64,000 nt of DNA from Octopus vulgaris. Lineage: Eukaryota. The translations under genes and the position numbers were made by a program. Below the pieces are notes generated by a model. It searched no databases and was not told the origin of the DNA. It was given only the letters and a program-made list of their open reading frames with translations. This document shows positions 1-32,024 of this stretch, in pieces. How positions within the stretch are numbered: position 1 is the first letter of the stretch; each line of letters starts with the position of its first letter. The stretch is taken from the NCBI GenBank assembly GCA_951406725.2, contig OX597822.1:86366001-86430000 (forward strand), written 5' to 3'.

Positions 1-50
1 TTGCATCTGAATTCCCAGTTTTTATAATGTCATGAATATTTGTTTTGTAG

Positions 51-18297
<18,247 letters not shown>

Positions 18298-18442
18298 ATT
18301 GCAAAAATGGAACCAAATTTGTTTATTGATGTCATGTGTTGGTAAAACAAAGCTCTTAATTTTCCTGGAATCATGTGAACCAGTGATTGAATTTTTGGAA
18401 ATCTGGAACCAATGATGCTCCTCTTCACCAATTGTGATATAA

Positions 18443-18692
18443 AATAAATTTCAGCTGCTTCAAATATTATTCACAAACTTTCTAAGAAATATGTCCTGCC
18501 TTATAAATAGAATCATAAATATCCCATAAATTCTGTGTTCATAGTATTTACTGATTCTGTTTTTATTCAGGTTTCTGGATGATGAAATTACTATCTTGTT
18601 ATGAGGTTTGTTGGACTCAAATAAAACCATTCTCTGAGACACTGATGTCAATCAAACGTTTTTTTTTATATTCTAAAAGATGCTTCAATAAA
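18443..18692 (+). terminator. Candidate polyadenylation signals of GARS (AATAAA at 18443 and 18687; another at 18911)
   Basis: Canonical hexamers downstream of the stop; which one is used cannot be seen from sequence. Confidence 0.5.
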
Positions 18693-20109
18693 CAGAGTTG
18701 ACAGAATTCTTTCTTTGACTGATATTATTTTCAGAAATAGAAATAATCTCAAAGGTAAACAACTAGAAGCTTTTGTCTTATTTACAACTAAGTTTTCAAG
18801 CTTTCTTACAGTTATCTTATTGCTCTACAAAAAGACTTTATATTTGTTTAAGAAATCTTTGTTTTGATTTAATTTGTAATTCTTATTGATCTCCTCAATG
18901 GTTTGGTAACAATAAAGGTGTCAACACAAACAAACATCAAATGATGAGTGACCATCATCATCATCATCATCATCATAATCACAGAGCATCTGAACAATTC
19001 AACAGATTATTATTAACAGAACGTCTTTTTTCCTTTTCCTTTTTTTAAAAAAAAAACTATTGTATAATATGTCATTAGAACTATTTATAAAAACTTAACT
19101 TCACAAATACAGCACTGAAATTACAGAGGAAATTTCCCATTCAATTCAGGAATAATTGATGTAATTGGTAGCTCTAAGCCTCAAGTGCTTATTTCCTTTC
19201 TGTATATTCAGCAATAATTGAAACATTAATGGTTTCAATTTGCTCAAAGTTTTGGGTTTGAGAAAAATTCAAGAACAGATATCTAAATGTTTGTCCAAAA
19301 CATAGTACTTAAATAGGGGGGAAAGAGCAAGACATAAAGTACCAGAGGCTTGACCTGTTCTGACTTTATCTTGCAACAATAAAGGAAATGTAAAATAGCA
19401 ATTAAAACATATTTAGTAAGAAGGAAGACAAATATTTTAGAAAGGAACTGGAAGTCATTTCTTTGAGGAGTAAATAGGCTCCAGTTCCAAACTGAGGTAG
19501 ATTCAATTTTCTTCTCTCCTGAGTATTTTTAACTTTATATCTTCTATATTCAAAATAGAAACCTTATATTAAATACCAGTCATACATTAGGATCGATTCT
19601 GTCAAACATACCAATTGTTTTCTTTTACAACAGAATAATAAAGAATGGTTGATGCAAAATAATCTGAGTTTGTTCTACGTTTTCTATGTTTGTTATTGTT
19701 GTTGCTGCAAGTGATGTACTGGCAGAATTGTTAGCAAAGCCAGACAAAATGCTGCCAAACATTTCGTCTGTCTTTACATTCTGAGTTGGAATGTCACCGA
19801 GGTTGACCTGGGGGGTGGGGGGTGTCAATGAAATAAGAATACCAGTTGAGCAGTGGGAGCAACATAATTGACTTACCCCGTCTCCCTCAACTTGCTGGCC
19901 TTGTGCCAAAATTTGAAACCATTATTATTCCTTAGTCTCCACTTGACCCTAACCAAGCAAACCTCAAACTTTGAACATTTAGTCGTTTAAGATTTCATTG
20001 TCTGATGTAGCTTTCCTTTTTTTAAGATGGTGGGGTATAATTTATGTTAGATTTGGCTGCTATTCCTAGCAGATAGAGGTCCCTGGTTGACTCATTTATT
20101 AAGATAAGT

Positions 20110-20490
20110 GTACCGATGCCAGCGCCGCCGATAAGATAAGTGGGCCGATGCCAGCGCCGCCCCGACTGGCTTCTGTACCGGTGGCACATAAAAAGCACCA
20201 TCCGAACCTGGCCATTGCCAGCGCCGCCTTGGCTGGCTTCCGTGCCGGTGGCACGTTAAAAGCTCCAACCGATCGTGGCCGATGCCGGACCCCCCCTGGC
20301 ACCTGTGCAGGTGGCACGTAAAAAGCACCCACTACACTCGCGGAGTGGTTGGCGTTAGGAAGGGCATCCAGCTGTAGAAACTCTGCCAGATCAGACTGGA
20401 GCCTGGTGCAGCCCCTGGCTTCCCAGACCCCGGTCGAACCGTCCAACCCATGCTAGCGTGGAAAACAGACGTTAAACAATGATGATGATG
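20110..20490 (+). mobile_element. Young (CpG-rich) RTE 3' UTR fragment
   Basis: Same family with intact CpGs and (TGA)n tail. Confidence 0.75.
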
Positions 20491-20577
20491 TACATCAAGA
20501 CTGGTTGGCTATTTCTACATGCATTAGAGTTTACATATGCATATGTAAACACACGCATCTATATGCATATATATTTA

Positions 20578-21443
20578 TATACTCAAAAGAAACCAGAGTT
20601 TTGCAATATTATTTTATTCACTTAGTTTTACATGTTTACACTTCTATCACCTCCAAAGAATTCACCATTTGAAGCAATACATCAATTCAGACATGTTTTC
20701 CACTATTCGAAGCAGTGCTGGAACTCTTGCAAAGTGGTGCCTTTTAACGCCTCTGTCATTTTTTCTTCATCTCTTCCACATCCGCAAATTCCATAACACC
20801 AGCTTTTGTCACCAGTGATAACCATCCAAAAAAGGTCTGAAACAACTTGCAACTGTTTTTTCAGTTCACGACATACATTCAGTCATGACTGTTTTTGATC
20901 CTCTGTGAGCAAGCAAGGCATAAATTTTGCTGCAACTCTTTTCAGTCACAATTCTTCCCTCAGAATTCATTGATGGGGGCTCCAGGATTCACCAGCCATA
21001 TCAACAAATTTGTCACTTGTTTGATGACGGTCCTCTAAGACCAGTTCATGAATTTTCATGATGTTTTCATTTGTTTGGGAGGTTGATGGCCACCCTGAAC
21101 AAGGCTAGTCTTTAAGTGACAAGTGACCATTCCTAAAGTTTGAAAGCCACTTGTAAACTTGCATTTTGCTCATAGCAGCATCCTTGTAAGCTGTTTGAAG
21201 TATGACAACTGTTTCCCCAGCAGAAAACAGAATTTCATGGAAGCATGCTGTCCTTTCATTTCAGCCATCACAAACATTGATAAACTGGGAAGAAGCATTG
21301 CAAAACTAAGACGCACCACGTGACAGGATGATGGTTAGCGGACTGAAGCCTGAGGGTCGCATCAAATGGTTTCTAGCAGTGGAAGCCCAAACTACAACAG
21401 GCTTGTCCAACAGAGAACGTTTCCAGTTACTTTTGGGTACCTC
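20578..21443 (-). mobile_element. Mariner transposon remnant
   Basis: Minus-strand FADVEE...FQHCFE*WKTCLN*CIASNGEFFGGD matches a mariner C-terminus; imperfect TIRs (TACTCAAAAGAAACCAGA vs TACCCAAAAGTAACTGGA). Confidence 0.75.
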
Positions 21444-21467
21444 CACACACACACACATATATATATA

Positions 21468-22790
21468 CACTGGTGTGACAGAAGTAAATAGACACCCTTT
21501 AAATCTAAAATTATATATTCAAATTATTTATTAATCATTATAATGTGAATATCTAATATTTAGTAGATGCGCCCTTTACATTTTTCAATACAAGGATCCT
21601 ATGAGGCATGTTACTAATCAGATGACAAATTTCTCTTGGGGAATTTCTTGCCAAGTTTCATGCAGTAATCTCAAAAGATTCAGCTTTGAGGATGCTTTCT
21701 TGTTCTTTTTATGAAGTGTCTTGTCCATTATGCCCCAGAGGTGTTCAATAGGGTTCATATCTGGTGACTGGCTTGGCCATGGAAGTTTTTTAATGCCATT
21801 CTTTTCCAACCAATCTTTGGTCTTTTTAAGCCATGTGACAAGGAGCCCCAGTCTTCCATAAATAAAGAGCCTTCTTTAATCATTTTACCATTGGAGATTG
21901 GAAGGAGTCCTTTCTGTAATATCTGAGTTTATGTTTCCCCTCACATTCCACCAGCTCTGATTGACCATTGCTCCAAATTGTTCCCCAGACAATCACAGAA
22001 TAGCTGCCTTGTTTCATTGTTGGCAGCAACCTTTTCATGTCAAATTCTTGAACACAGTCTCCAGACCCACACTCGACCACTGTCAGGAAATACAGCAAAT
22101 CTGGACTCTTTGGAGAATATGACAGTGTCCCAAAATGCTGGTGGTCACTTCATCATCTCATCTCACTGGCCCAATCTTTTGTTTGTTTGATATTGGCTGG
22201 TTGAAGGAGTGGTTTCCTTCTTGCTGCTCTGCCATAATAGCCAATTTTGTGGAGATACCTGACAGCTGTTCTGAGACTGACATCAACTTGTTCTGCTATG
22301 TCAGAGGCCTTGCAATGAGGATTATCCTCTACACTTCATTTGACAAAGCAAACAGTCCTGGTCGACTAGGGCAAGGTGATGTGGACTTCTTCCCTTCTCT
22401 GTTGAATTGCACAATCACCCTATTGACTGTAGAAAGTGGAATCCCTAGGTTTTCTGTAATTTTACACTAAATCCACCTTCAGATTGACCCACAATACGGC
22501 CTCTTTGAAATTTGGACAGTTCCAGGGTTCTTTTGTACGTGGCAAGATTAACCCTTTGAGCCCTGACCTCCTGGACCTTATTTTACCATATACCTGGCAC
22601 TCCACTACAGTATAGAGAAAAATAAGCCATCTACTGGTAAACCAGTGTTACAGGCCCAAAGAGTTAAACAGTCACATATAGAAACTGAAACATAAAAAAT
22701 TCCATTAATAAAAAATACAAACCTTTTCAAGTTAAAATAAACATAAAACGATGTTTTATGGTGTGTCTATTTACTTCTGTCATGTCTGCG
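21468..22790 (-). mobile_element. Tc1-like transposon, defective
   Basis: TA flanks; shared TIR core TGACAGAAGTAAATAGACAC; WPSQSPDMNPIEHLW and VIVWGTI motifs; frameshifted. Confidence 0.88.
22552..22663. mobile_element. piggyBac-type MITE nested in the Tc1 element
   Basis: TTAA on both sides; CCCTTTGAGCC / GGCCCAAAGAG imperfect TIRs. Confidence 0.6.
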
Positions 22791-22939
22791 TATATACAGG
22801 GATTGGACAAAATAATGGCAACACCGAACATCATAATTTTGAAATATCTATAAAACCGTCAGAAATTTGTTTATTTTTATGTTTTTTTATTTATTATTAG
22901 CATTGCTTAATATATTAGACCAATACAACAAATCCACTA

Positions 22940-23325
22940 AAAAACATAGTGAGGTGGGGACCCACCAACTCAGCTCATCTGTTGACAAAGGCCTACAAAA
23001 ACTAAAACAACGGATTAGGAACAAAGAATTATTGTGCCTCCCTATGGACAAGTCTGGCAGACTGTCAATAGATAGCCCACAGAACTATGTTCAGACCATG
23101 CAACAACACATCAGTAGCATGAGAGAAGTTACACCACAAGAACATGAAAGAGTGGAAAAACTCCTCAATGCACACATGGAAATGTGGTGCAACATACTCC
23201 AATCTATAAAAAGGACGACACACAATTTCCAAGCATCCAACAATGATGTTCCTACACTATACGGGTTACGCAAAGACCACAAACCCTATGTAAGCCCTGT
23301 CACAGGGCCCCCAACCAGACCAGCT
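22940..23325 (+). mobile_element. Penelope-like (Neptune-type) reverse transcriptase N-terminal fragment
   Basis: DKSG and PTLYGLRKDHK...GPPTRP motifs. Confidence 0.7.
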
Positions 23326-23998
23326 GCCAACAATGAAACAAGTGATGGAAAGAAAGAAAAGACATATTGTTTGCAATTATCACAATATAGCAACAGCCCA
23401 GGTATTTTGTATGAAATAAATTAGACTAACAAACAAACAAATATATAAATGAATAAAAAAGTTTTCCGGTTACACTGAGAACTAATTCTGTTGGATGTCT
23501 ACATACATGACTGATATAGTCAGACTGTAAAAGACTTCTGTAATGACCAACAGACAATTATTCTCTGTTAGTGTTGTCTAAATTCCAACAGAGGATCTTG
23601 TTTCTTAGAGATTAGCCTTTTCTTTATTGCAGAAATTTAAAGAAGAAAATATAAACATAACTTACATATGTATCTAGGATCACATAAATGTGGAGGTTGA
23701 TAGATTTCTACAGCATGTCTCTTGTACAGCCATGTGACTGCACATAAGCAAATAGCAATATTTGGACCTATAGATGTAAGTATGTGTCAGCTATCAAATA
23801 TGTTTTCCACAGATTACTTATAAAGGAAACATCTTGTGTAAAGATAAAAAAAAAGAAAGAAATCATATGAAAACATTACAACAAAGTTATTTATAGTAGA
23901 CATAAAAGATTATGTGCATGTTGGGTTGTAAAGAAGATAAAGAAGACAGAATTTGGCAAAAATGTAATAAAACAAGAAATGTTGAAGAAATACAAATC

Positions 23999-24051
23999 TT
24001 ATTCTTTAAAGTATTTTCTAAAGTCTTCATCTGATAAATTTTTTTCATTTT
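23999..24051 (-). CDS. Candidate terminal exon (ENEKNLSDEDFRKYFKE*) of an unidentified minus-strand gene
   Basis: TTTCAG acceptor, open to TAA; short, so it could be chance. Confidence 0.25.
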
Positions 24052-25877
24052 CTGAAATGTTATTTTTTGAAAAACATTTTATTACTTGAAAGTTGAGTAC
24101 TGAGGTTTCTTTTGGTAAGGTATACAGTCTTTATGCAATGCAGCAAGAAATGGGATGTGATGGTGTTCATGTCTTTCCCAAGACCAGCAAGGATACAGGT
24201 GAAGTGAAGATGTTTCATCTGGTAATTGGAAGCAGGTTGTTGTTTAATTCCTGAGCAAACTTATGATGAAAAGGACTCCACCCATGGCCATCTCAATTTT
24301 TTTTTTTTGGCATAATGTACCTTGGACAATATTACCCAATGTGTCTTTAACACGAGTAGGGTGCAATTCGAGAAAGACTTGGTTGCATTTTTAAACAAAT
24401 CGATTGCTCACATAAAGATGTTGAGTCAACTGGGTTGGTTTTTACCTTCTATTCAAAGGCATAAGAAAATTATTTATCCTGAGACAAAGCTACAAATGAG
24501 ATTCTGTGATGTTCATGCCTATCTTAGTTATGTAAGTAGAGTGAATTGGGTTTGACTGAGGACTGAAACCAAATCACAGACTTGACTCCAAGAGTTTGTT
24601 TCTTCCCTGGCAATCTTTGTGCAGAGGAAATATTAATACAAAATCACAGATTTTAGTGAGAAATGGCTATATTGATTGAATCAAATGTTGGTATGTGACT
24701 AGTAGTCTTTATGGAGGGGTGGAAAAAGAGTAAAACTGAGTAAGATTTGAGCTTAGAATATAGAAGACAAAGCTATATGCCTGAAAAAAAAAAAAGCATT
24801 TAGTTAAATATTCTACCATTTCTGCTGTTCCACTAACTTAGAATAAATAGAAAATAACAAAAAAAATTTTTTTCTTTTAATGGTTTTCATAGACAAAATT
24901 TTCTAAATCATTTAAAAGAAAAAAATCCAGCAGAAATCTTCAGAAAAATATATTTTTAAGATTAAAATAATTTCTTTAAAAACTAAAAAATAAAGTAAGT
25001 TAAATTTGAATTTTAAAATTGAGACCAGTAAAAAGCAAACGGAAGCAAAAATGACAGGCAAAAAAAAAATTGCTTTTCAAGGTAGAAACTATTCAAAGAT
25101 TTGTTTAAAATTTGTAAGCTTAGTGAATGAGTTAAAAGCCGGTTGGTAAGAAGTGTTGGAATGTAGAAGAAATAGCTAAAAGCTGTCAGGAAGATATGTT
25201 ACTCAGGTTTTACTGTTACAGGTAGTGGGGTGGAGGGAAGGGTGTGAAGGCAGGGGAGGGAGTGTCACGTGACTGATACAAAAACATCTAAGCAAAAAAA
25301 AAGGAAAAAAAATTATACTTAATAACAGCAACATGTTGCTGTTAAGGTTACTGATGTTCGTTTTGATATTGTTGAATATTCTACACCACCACCACCACCA
25401 CCACCACCGCCGCCACCCACCCAGTCTTGTTCTGCTTCAGAAGATTTACAATACAGCAATTTGTACACAAATCCCTCTCACTACTGCAACCTGGTCTCTT
25501 GTGGCTGCTTAACCTGCTAGAAATAGCAGCAAAACCAATATCAAAAGAGGTGCCTATTGGACACTATAGTCCTAGTTAAACTGTTACTGGACAAAAAGAT
25601 GGGTTAGTCATAACTGGAATGTCTTTGATCACATGTATGTTTAATCGGGGTTGACCTGGGGATAAAATAACAACAACAATAACAACAGCATGCTCTCGAA
25701 ATAGACAGAGCTTGTTAATTGTAGTTACTGCAGTGACAGGTGTATATAACACAATGCTAGTTGTGTATATAACACAATGCTAATTGTGCATATATAGCAT
25801 AGTGTCACGTGTGGTTTATAGTGCTGTGTAGTGTGTATAAAGTGCAAAATTAGGTGTGTGTGTGTATATATATATAC

Positions 25878-28800
25878 AAACCTGACTATCCATGTACCAA
25901 AAAGGATAGAAACAGACAGCGCACACAAATGTGTAAATTCTACCTGAAAGGTGTCTGCTGGCATGGAGAGGAAGGTGCAGGCTGCTGTTTTGCACATCAA
26001 AGACCCTGCCACATAAACATGAAACAGGTCAGAAACCAACTACCAAAAGGAAAAGGAATGGACCATGCACCACCTGCCCTAAAACGGAGGTACGCAGGTG
26101 TGGTGCGTGCTACAAACCGCCAACATGTTATTGAAAGGGCAGCTGCTGAACAATAATCTTTTTGTGCATGACACAAAAGATTGTACAGCAGCTAACCTGG
26201 CTCCATCAAACTCAAACTCGCAGATGGGACTATCCACAATACACAGGACCGCCACAGCAATAGACCCAAGGTGGACACCGCCGGCAACAGCATACACATC
26301 ACCTCGATGCTCCTACTGAACATCAGAGGACTGCTAACACTCAGTAACAGGACAAAAATCTTGAGAGACTTTGTTGCATACAATCAAGCCTTATGCATAG
26401 CACTTACGGAAACACACCTGAAACCGGACATAGCAGATGTGGAAATACACATACCACAGTATGTTGTACTACAGACCGACAGAAAAGAAAGGAGTCATGC
26501 AGGAGTTGCTATGTACATCCGTGAGGACCTCACACCCCAGGTCCTTTTGTCATACTCAAATTCGGTGTGTGATACACTAATTGTACATATAAGGCAACTT
26601 GGTGTAGTTATATGTGCTACATATCACTCTCCAGATGCCCCAAGCCATGTAGGCAAGTTTGAAGACTACCTTATAAAAATAGAAGTTCTAGTCACATTAG
26701 AACAACACATAAGTGTACTTCTTATGGGAGACTTCAATCTACCCAATGTCAGATGGCCCAAGGGCCTTTCTCTCCCAGGAATGACATGATGCGAACGAGG
26801 ACAGGTGAGGTCCCTCCTGAACTTCATCAACACTCTGTACATGGAGCAAGTAATACTCCAACCAACCAGGGCAGGTAACATACTGGATCTCTGCTTCACA
26901 AATAATATGGATCTCATCCATAATGTGAAAGTGACACCGACACTACTCTCGGATCACAACATGGTAGAGCTGACCATGCACGGGCCAAAGGAAAGCATGG
27001 ACATGCAGCCTACAAGAAACTCTCAGAATCTTTCCAGCTTGAACTTCCATGAGGCAAACTGGAAACAAATTGAGAAAGAGATCCTCAAACAAAACTGGCC
27101 TGAATGTCTCTCCTCGCCAGACAATGACATAAAACTTCAACAATTCATGTCTGTAATGCAAGCCATATGCTACAAATGTGTCCCAGAGAGAAAGGCCACT
27201 GTACACAAGAGCAAAATCCCAAGAGAGAGGAAAATTCTAATGAGACGGCGTACAAAAGTTCCAAATCGCCTAAACAAACAAATTGAAAGCAGTGAAAAGT
27301 CCCGCCTGAAAATAAAACTGTTGGAAATTGAAAAATGTCTGCAACTCTCCCATGAAAAAGAAAGAGCAGACAAAGAAGCCTGGGCTATAGACAACATAAA
27401 ATCTAACCCCAGAGCTTTCTACAGGTATGCCAAAGAAACAGCTACGGTGCATTGTAGGATAGGGCCACTCCTTGAAAAGGATGGCACACTCACAGGAAAT
27501 CCAATGAGGGTAAGTGAAATACTAAATGAGCAATTCAAGAGTATTTTCACTCCACCCCTAGGGCATTTTCAAGTCAGCAATCCAACTGATTTCTTTACCA
27601 CTGCAGATATAAAATCAGAGGCAGCGATGATTGATTACATCAATATAAAGGAAGACGATGTAATAAAGGCTATTGATGAAATGAAAACAAACTCAGCTAC
27701 TGGCCCCGATGGATTCCCAGCAATCCTTCTAAAAGTATGTAAGAGAGTCCTAGCAAGACCACTGCAGTTCCTCTTTCAGAGCTTCCTTGCAACTGGCAAA
27801 CTTCCAAGAAAACTGAAGGAAGGTAAAATATACCCTATTCATAAAGGAGGTAGCAGAGCGGAGGCCAAGAACTACAGACCTATCTCTCTGACCTCACACA
27901 TCAGCAAGGTCATGGAACGAATAGTCAGAAGGAAACTAATCACCTTCCTTGAAGAAAATGACTTGCTGCCTGACACCCAACATGGTTTCCGACCAGGAAG
28001 AAGCTGCTTAACTCAGCTCCTACAACACTATGACTAGGTGCTGAAACGACTGCTCAACCACTCAAATGTGGAAGTCATATATCTCTACTTTGCAAAGGCC
28101 TTTGATAAAGTCGATCATGGAATGATATGTCACAAACTGCGTGATCTTGGCATATTTGGAAAATTGGGAGAATGGCTTCATAACTTTCTGAAGGATAGAA
28201 GTCAGGTGGTAGTAGCCAATGGGGCCACTTCCATTAACACGCAAATAGTGAGCGGTGTTCCGCAAGGCACTGTTTTGGGACCACTACTGTTCATAATGGC
28301 CCTCTCAGACATGCCCTCAGCCATGCAGAGAGCCACGATCACAAGTTATGCAGATGATACAAAAGTTTCACAGGCAATACAGAACCCTGAAGACACTATG
28401 CACCTGCAATGTGAGCTGGACAAAATATACAAGTGGGCTGAAAAGAATAGCATGCAGTTCAATGCTGAAAAGTTTCAAGCTTTATGCTATCAGCATGCAA
28501 AACTAAATGCAATACCCAATAAATACACTGGACCTGGCGGGATGGCAATCCCAGAGGCACAATCAGTGCGAGACCTGGGTATTTACATGAGTGATAATGC
28601 AACCTTTCATGTGCATGTTGCTAAATTGGCAATGAAATGTAGGTGGCTGACCGGATGGATTCTTAGAACCTTTAGAACAAGAGACCAGGAAACCATGATG
28701 GTCCTCTGGAGGACACTTGTCCTAAGCCACTTTGACTATTGCTCTCAGCTATGGTCACCATCCAGTGTCAAGTTAATCACAGAACTTGAGGCGATCCAAC

Positions 28801-29326
28801 GAAGCTACACGAAGAAGATAGCCTCTGTGCAGCATATAAGCTATTGGGAAAGACTCAAGAGATTGAGACTCTATTCCTTAGAGTGTAGGCGAGAAAGATA
28901 TGCCATAATATACATCTGGAAGATCCTAGAAGGACTTGTCCCAAACTTTGGCATCGAGAGTTACACAAATGCCAGAACTGGGCGCCACTGCATAGTGCCA
29001 AGGACTCCAAATTTGCCATCAAGATGTAGGACAAGATACTGTGATAGCCTGGGCTTCAGAGGTCCACAGCTCTTCAATATCCTCTCGAAGAACCTAAGAG
29101 ACCTGCATGGGGTGAATGCAGATGTCTTTAAAATAAAACTGGATCTCTTCTTGTCAGGTGTCCCAGATGAACCAACTTCACGGCAGGAGGTGCAGATGAG
29201 GGCAGCTGCATCGAACTCTCTCATGCAATTGCTAAAAAGCATTCGTGAAGTAAAATCATGTAGCAACACCAAATGGCGGTGCCCCAGCATGGCCACAGCT
29301 TGTGAGCTGAAACTAGATAAAAAAAA
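25878..29326 (+). mobile_element. CR1-group (CR1/L2/Crack-like) LINE, 5'-truncated: ORF1 remnant with CCCH finger plus ORF2
   Basis: CKFYLKGVC...CCFAH; APE motifs (LTETHL, GDFN, LDLCF, SDH); RT motifs (NYRPISL, QHGFR, GVPQG, YADD); A-rich tail. Confidence 0.92.
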
Positions 29327-29360
29327 TTTTTTTAAATACACACGCACTCATTTATATTAG
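26271..29360 (+). pseudogene. LINE ORF2 (endonuclease-RT) in one frame with two premature stops
   Basis: ORFs at 26271, 26805 and 28038 share a frame; TGA 26787, TAG 28035; motif A reads YLYFAKAFD (Asp to Tyr at 28086). Confidence 0.9.
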
Positions 29361-29799
29361 TGAACACACATACGCAATGCATGTGCCCCACTTGTTTGCC
29401 ACTAGGTTGTGATTTAGCATGACTTAGCAAATGGTTTTTAAACTATTTGTATATAGTCATAGGCTAGCAATTCAGTTTACCTCCAATTGGTTCAGGTATG
29501 TGACATTGATAAGCCTCAAGAATGGTGAAACATTGATGTCCAAAGGTGGCGAAGCATGTAGTCCTGATGGATTGGAAGCATGTAGTCAGTGACCTGCACA
29601 TAGGTGGCCATGTTAGATATACAGTTGTCTCCTTGTCAATGGAATTAAGTTGCTGAATTGGTGTCTGAGCAGTTCTATTTGGGGAGGGCACTGCTCACCT
29701 GGAAGCCAAGCATGTTCTAGAAAAGGTGAACCAAAAATTGCCTGTCTTTCTCTATCTGGTGGTTTAAGTGTGACTAACAGATGTCCATCCTGCACTTGA

Positions 29800-31460
29800 A
29801 AACCAAAGAGAATACTTATAAAATCTGGTTGGAATGGTTCATGTTGGAATATGCGCACTCTGTTGGATAGCAAGGGTGACTGCAGGCCTGAAAGATGCAT
29901 TGCACTTGTTACTCACGAGCTGAACCATTATAACGCTGATATAGCTACACTTTCAAAGACTCATGTAGAAGGTGATGGTCAGCTTCAGGAAGTAGAAGGT
30001 GGATACACCTTTTTTTTTTTTGGAAGGGAAAACCAAAGGAGGAATGCAGAGAAGCTGGTGTTGGCTTTGCAGTTCGATCTGAAATCCTTAAGAAGTTGGA
30101 GGAGCTTCCTTTTCCTATAAATGATCATCTAATGACTCTGCATTTGCACCTGAGAGGTGGGCAGTTTGCTGCTTTAATAAGTGCCTATGCACCTACTTTG
30201 ACCAGTTGTGATGAAGATAAAACTATTTTCTGTATCCAACTGAGAAAACCATCTTGGGAAAATCCCCAATTCTGATAAAGTCATTCTATTTGGGGATTTC
30301 AATGCCAGGGTTAGAACAGACTGACAGACATGGAACTCTCTTGGACGTTTTTGGTATAGGGAAGATGAATAGCAATGGTCTCATGCTGCTGGAGATTTGC
30401 AAAGAATATGGACTATACATTGCAAGTGCTCATTTTATGCACAGAGGTGATCACACAACAACATGGATGTATCCCAAGTCTAAAGTTTGGCATTTGCTGG
30501 ATTATGTCATCATTTGCAAGCATGACATCTATGACATTTGTAATATCAAGTCCTTTCATGGTTCAGAGTGCTGGACGGACCATAGCCTGGTGTGAGCAAA
30601 GTTCCAGCTGATGATCAGAATGAAAGAAAGAAGGCCAGTTGGCATCCCTCAGCGTCTGAATAGCCATAAAATATATGATGCTGTGGTGAGGGAAGAGCTT
30701 CAGAATCATTTATTCAGCATTAAAAATACAGTATGAGAAGATTTTTGAGACCAGGTTTATCAATGTACTGCTAAAACACTGGGATATGCTACTGCCAGAC
30801 ACAGAGACTGGTTTGTTGAAAATGATGCTGAAGTTCAGTGAGTATTGGCTGTAAAGCGCCGTGCCCACAATCTATTGTTACACAGAGGACGTTCAGTTGT
30901 GCAGCGAAATTTAGCATGTGCCTACTATATCACTGTAAAATCACTACTGCAGGGATCTCTCAGGAATATGCAGAATACTTGGGGAGAGGAGAGAATCATG
31001 CTTGTGATGTTCAGGCTGCTGCTGATGCAAATGACAACAAGAAGCTTTATCATCTTATGAAGCAAGTTTATGGGCCTAAGAGCTCTGCATCAGCTCTTTT
31101 GCTTTCCAAGGAGTCTTCTAGTCAGTTTACTAAATCAACAGAAATCACAGGTTGTTGGATTGAACATTTTTTGGGACTCCTGAACCATGAGTCAGTTGTG
31201 GATGAAACAGTGATTGATACTATGCAACAAAGACCTACCATTGGCTCCTTGAATACTATGCCCTCAATAAATGAAGTAATGACAGCATTAAGTTAAATTT
31301 TGGTAAGCTACCTGGGGATGGTTTTTGTGCTGAGATCCTGTGATTTGATGGTGATCGCATCACATAGTCCCTTCATGAACTTATAAGTGTAATCTGAAAG
31401 GATAGTGCAATGTGTAAGGACTGGGAGAATGCAATTAGTATTCTTCTCTATAGAAATGCA
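29800..31460 (+). mobile_element. RTE/BovB-like LINE remnant (endonuclease region)
   Basis: WNMRTLLD, RPER..LV..EL..YN.DIA.LS.T, GGYTFF, SAYAPTL, GDFNARV, WHLLDYVI, CWTDH; frameshifted. Confidence 0.88.
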
Positions 31461-31877
31461 GACGCTGTATCTTGCTTTCCCTTACTTCTAGCTTTTAAAA
31501 CACCCATGTAGTTCTGGTTTAATCAATTACATCTGTCACACTTGTAAAAGGCCATAATGCGGAAAAAAACCCCAATAAATTTCACACTTTTGCGCACCAT
31601 TTCCTTTGCATTTGTGTTTATTTAATCAATTTAAAACTGCTGCACTATATGCACACACCTGACACTAAGTGACAAATCTGATTTTGCTCCATTTTCTACT
31701 CTTCACTGCATTACATAGACAAACAAACAGCCAGCCAGACAGATGTATGTATGTACATACATACATACATACAGTGCAAGATCAGTTGTGTACATAGTGT
31801 GAGATCTATACAGTACAGTATGAAGTGTATAGTGTAGGATGTATACTAGTGCCTTAGGATTACCTGAAGTTCTATAC

Positions 31878-32024
31878 CAGTAGTTCCCAACCTGTGGTCC
31901 GCAGAGGTACTACTGGGGATCTGTGAACATGTTAAGCTGACAGACTTTTCAATATCCTGGGGTTCATGGAAAAACTCATTTAAATAAAAGGGGTCCTTTG
32001 TAGTGGATAGGTTGGGAACCACTG
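31878..32024. mobile_element. hAT/Charlie MITE with perfect 8-bp TSD
   Basis: TTCTATAC on both sides; CAGTAGTTCCCAACC / GGTTGGGAACCACTG TIRs. Confidence 0.9.

Noticed and set aside
28062-29347. Antisense ORFs over LINE ORF2
   Set aside because: Shadow frames of a long coding sequence
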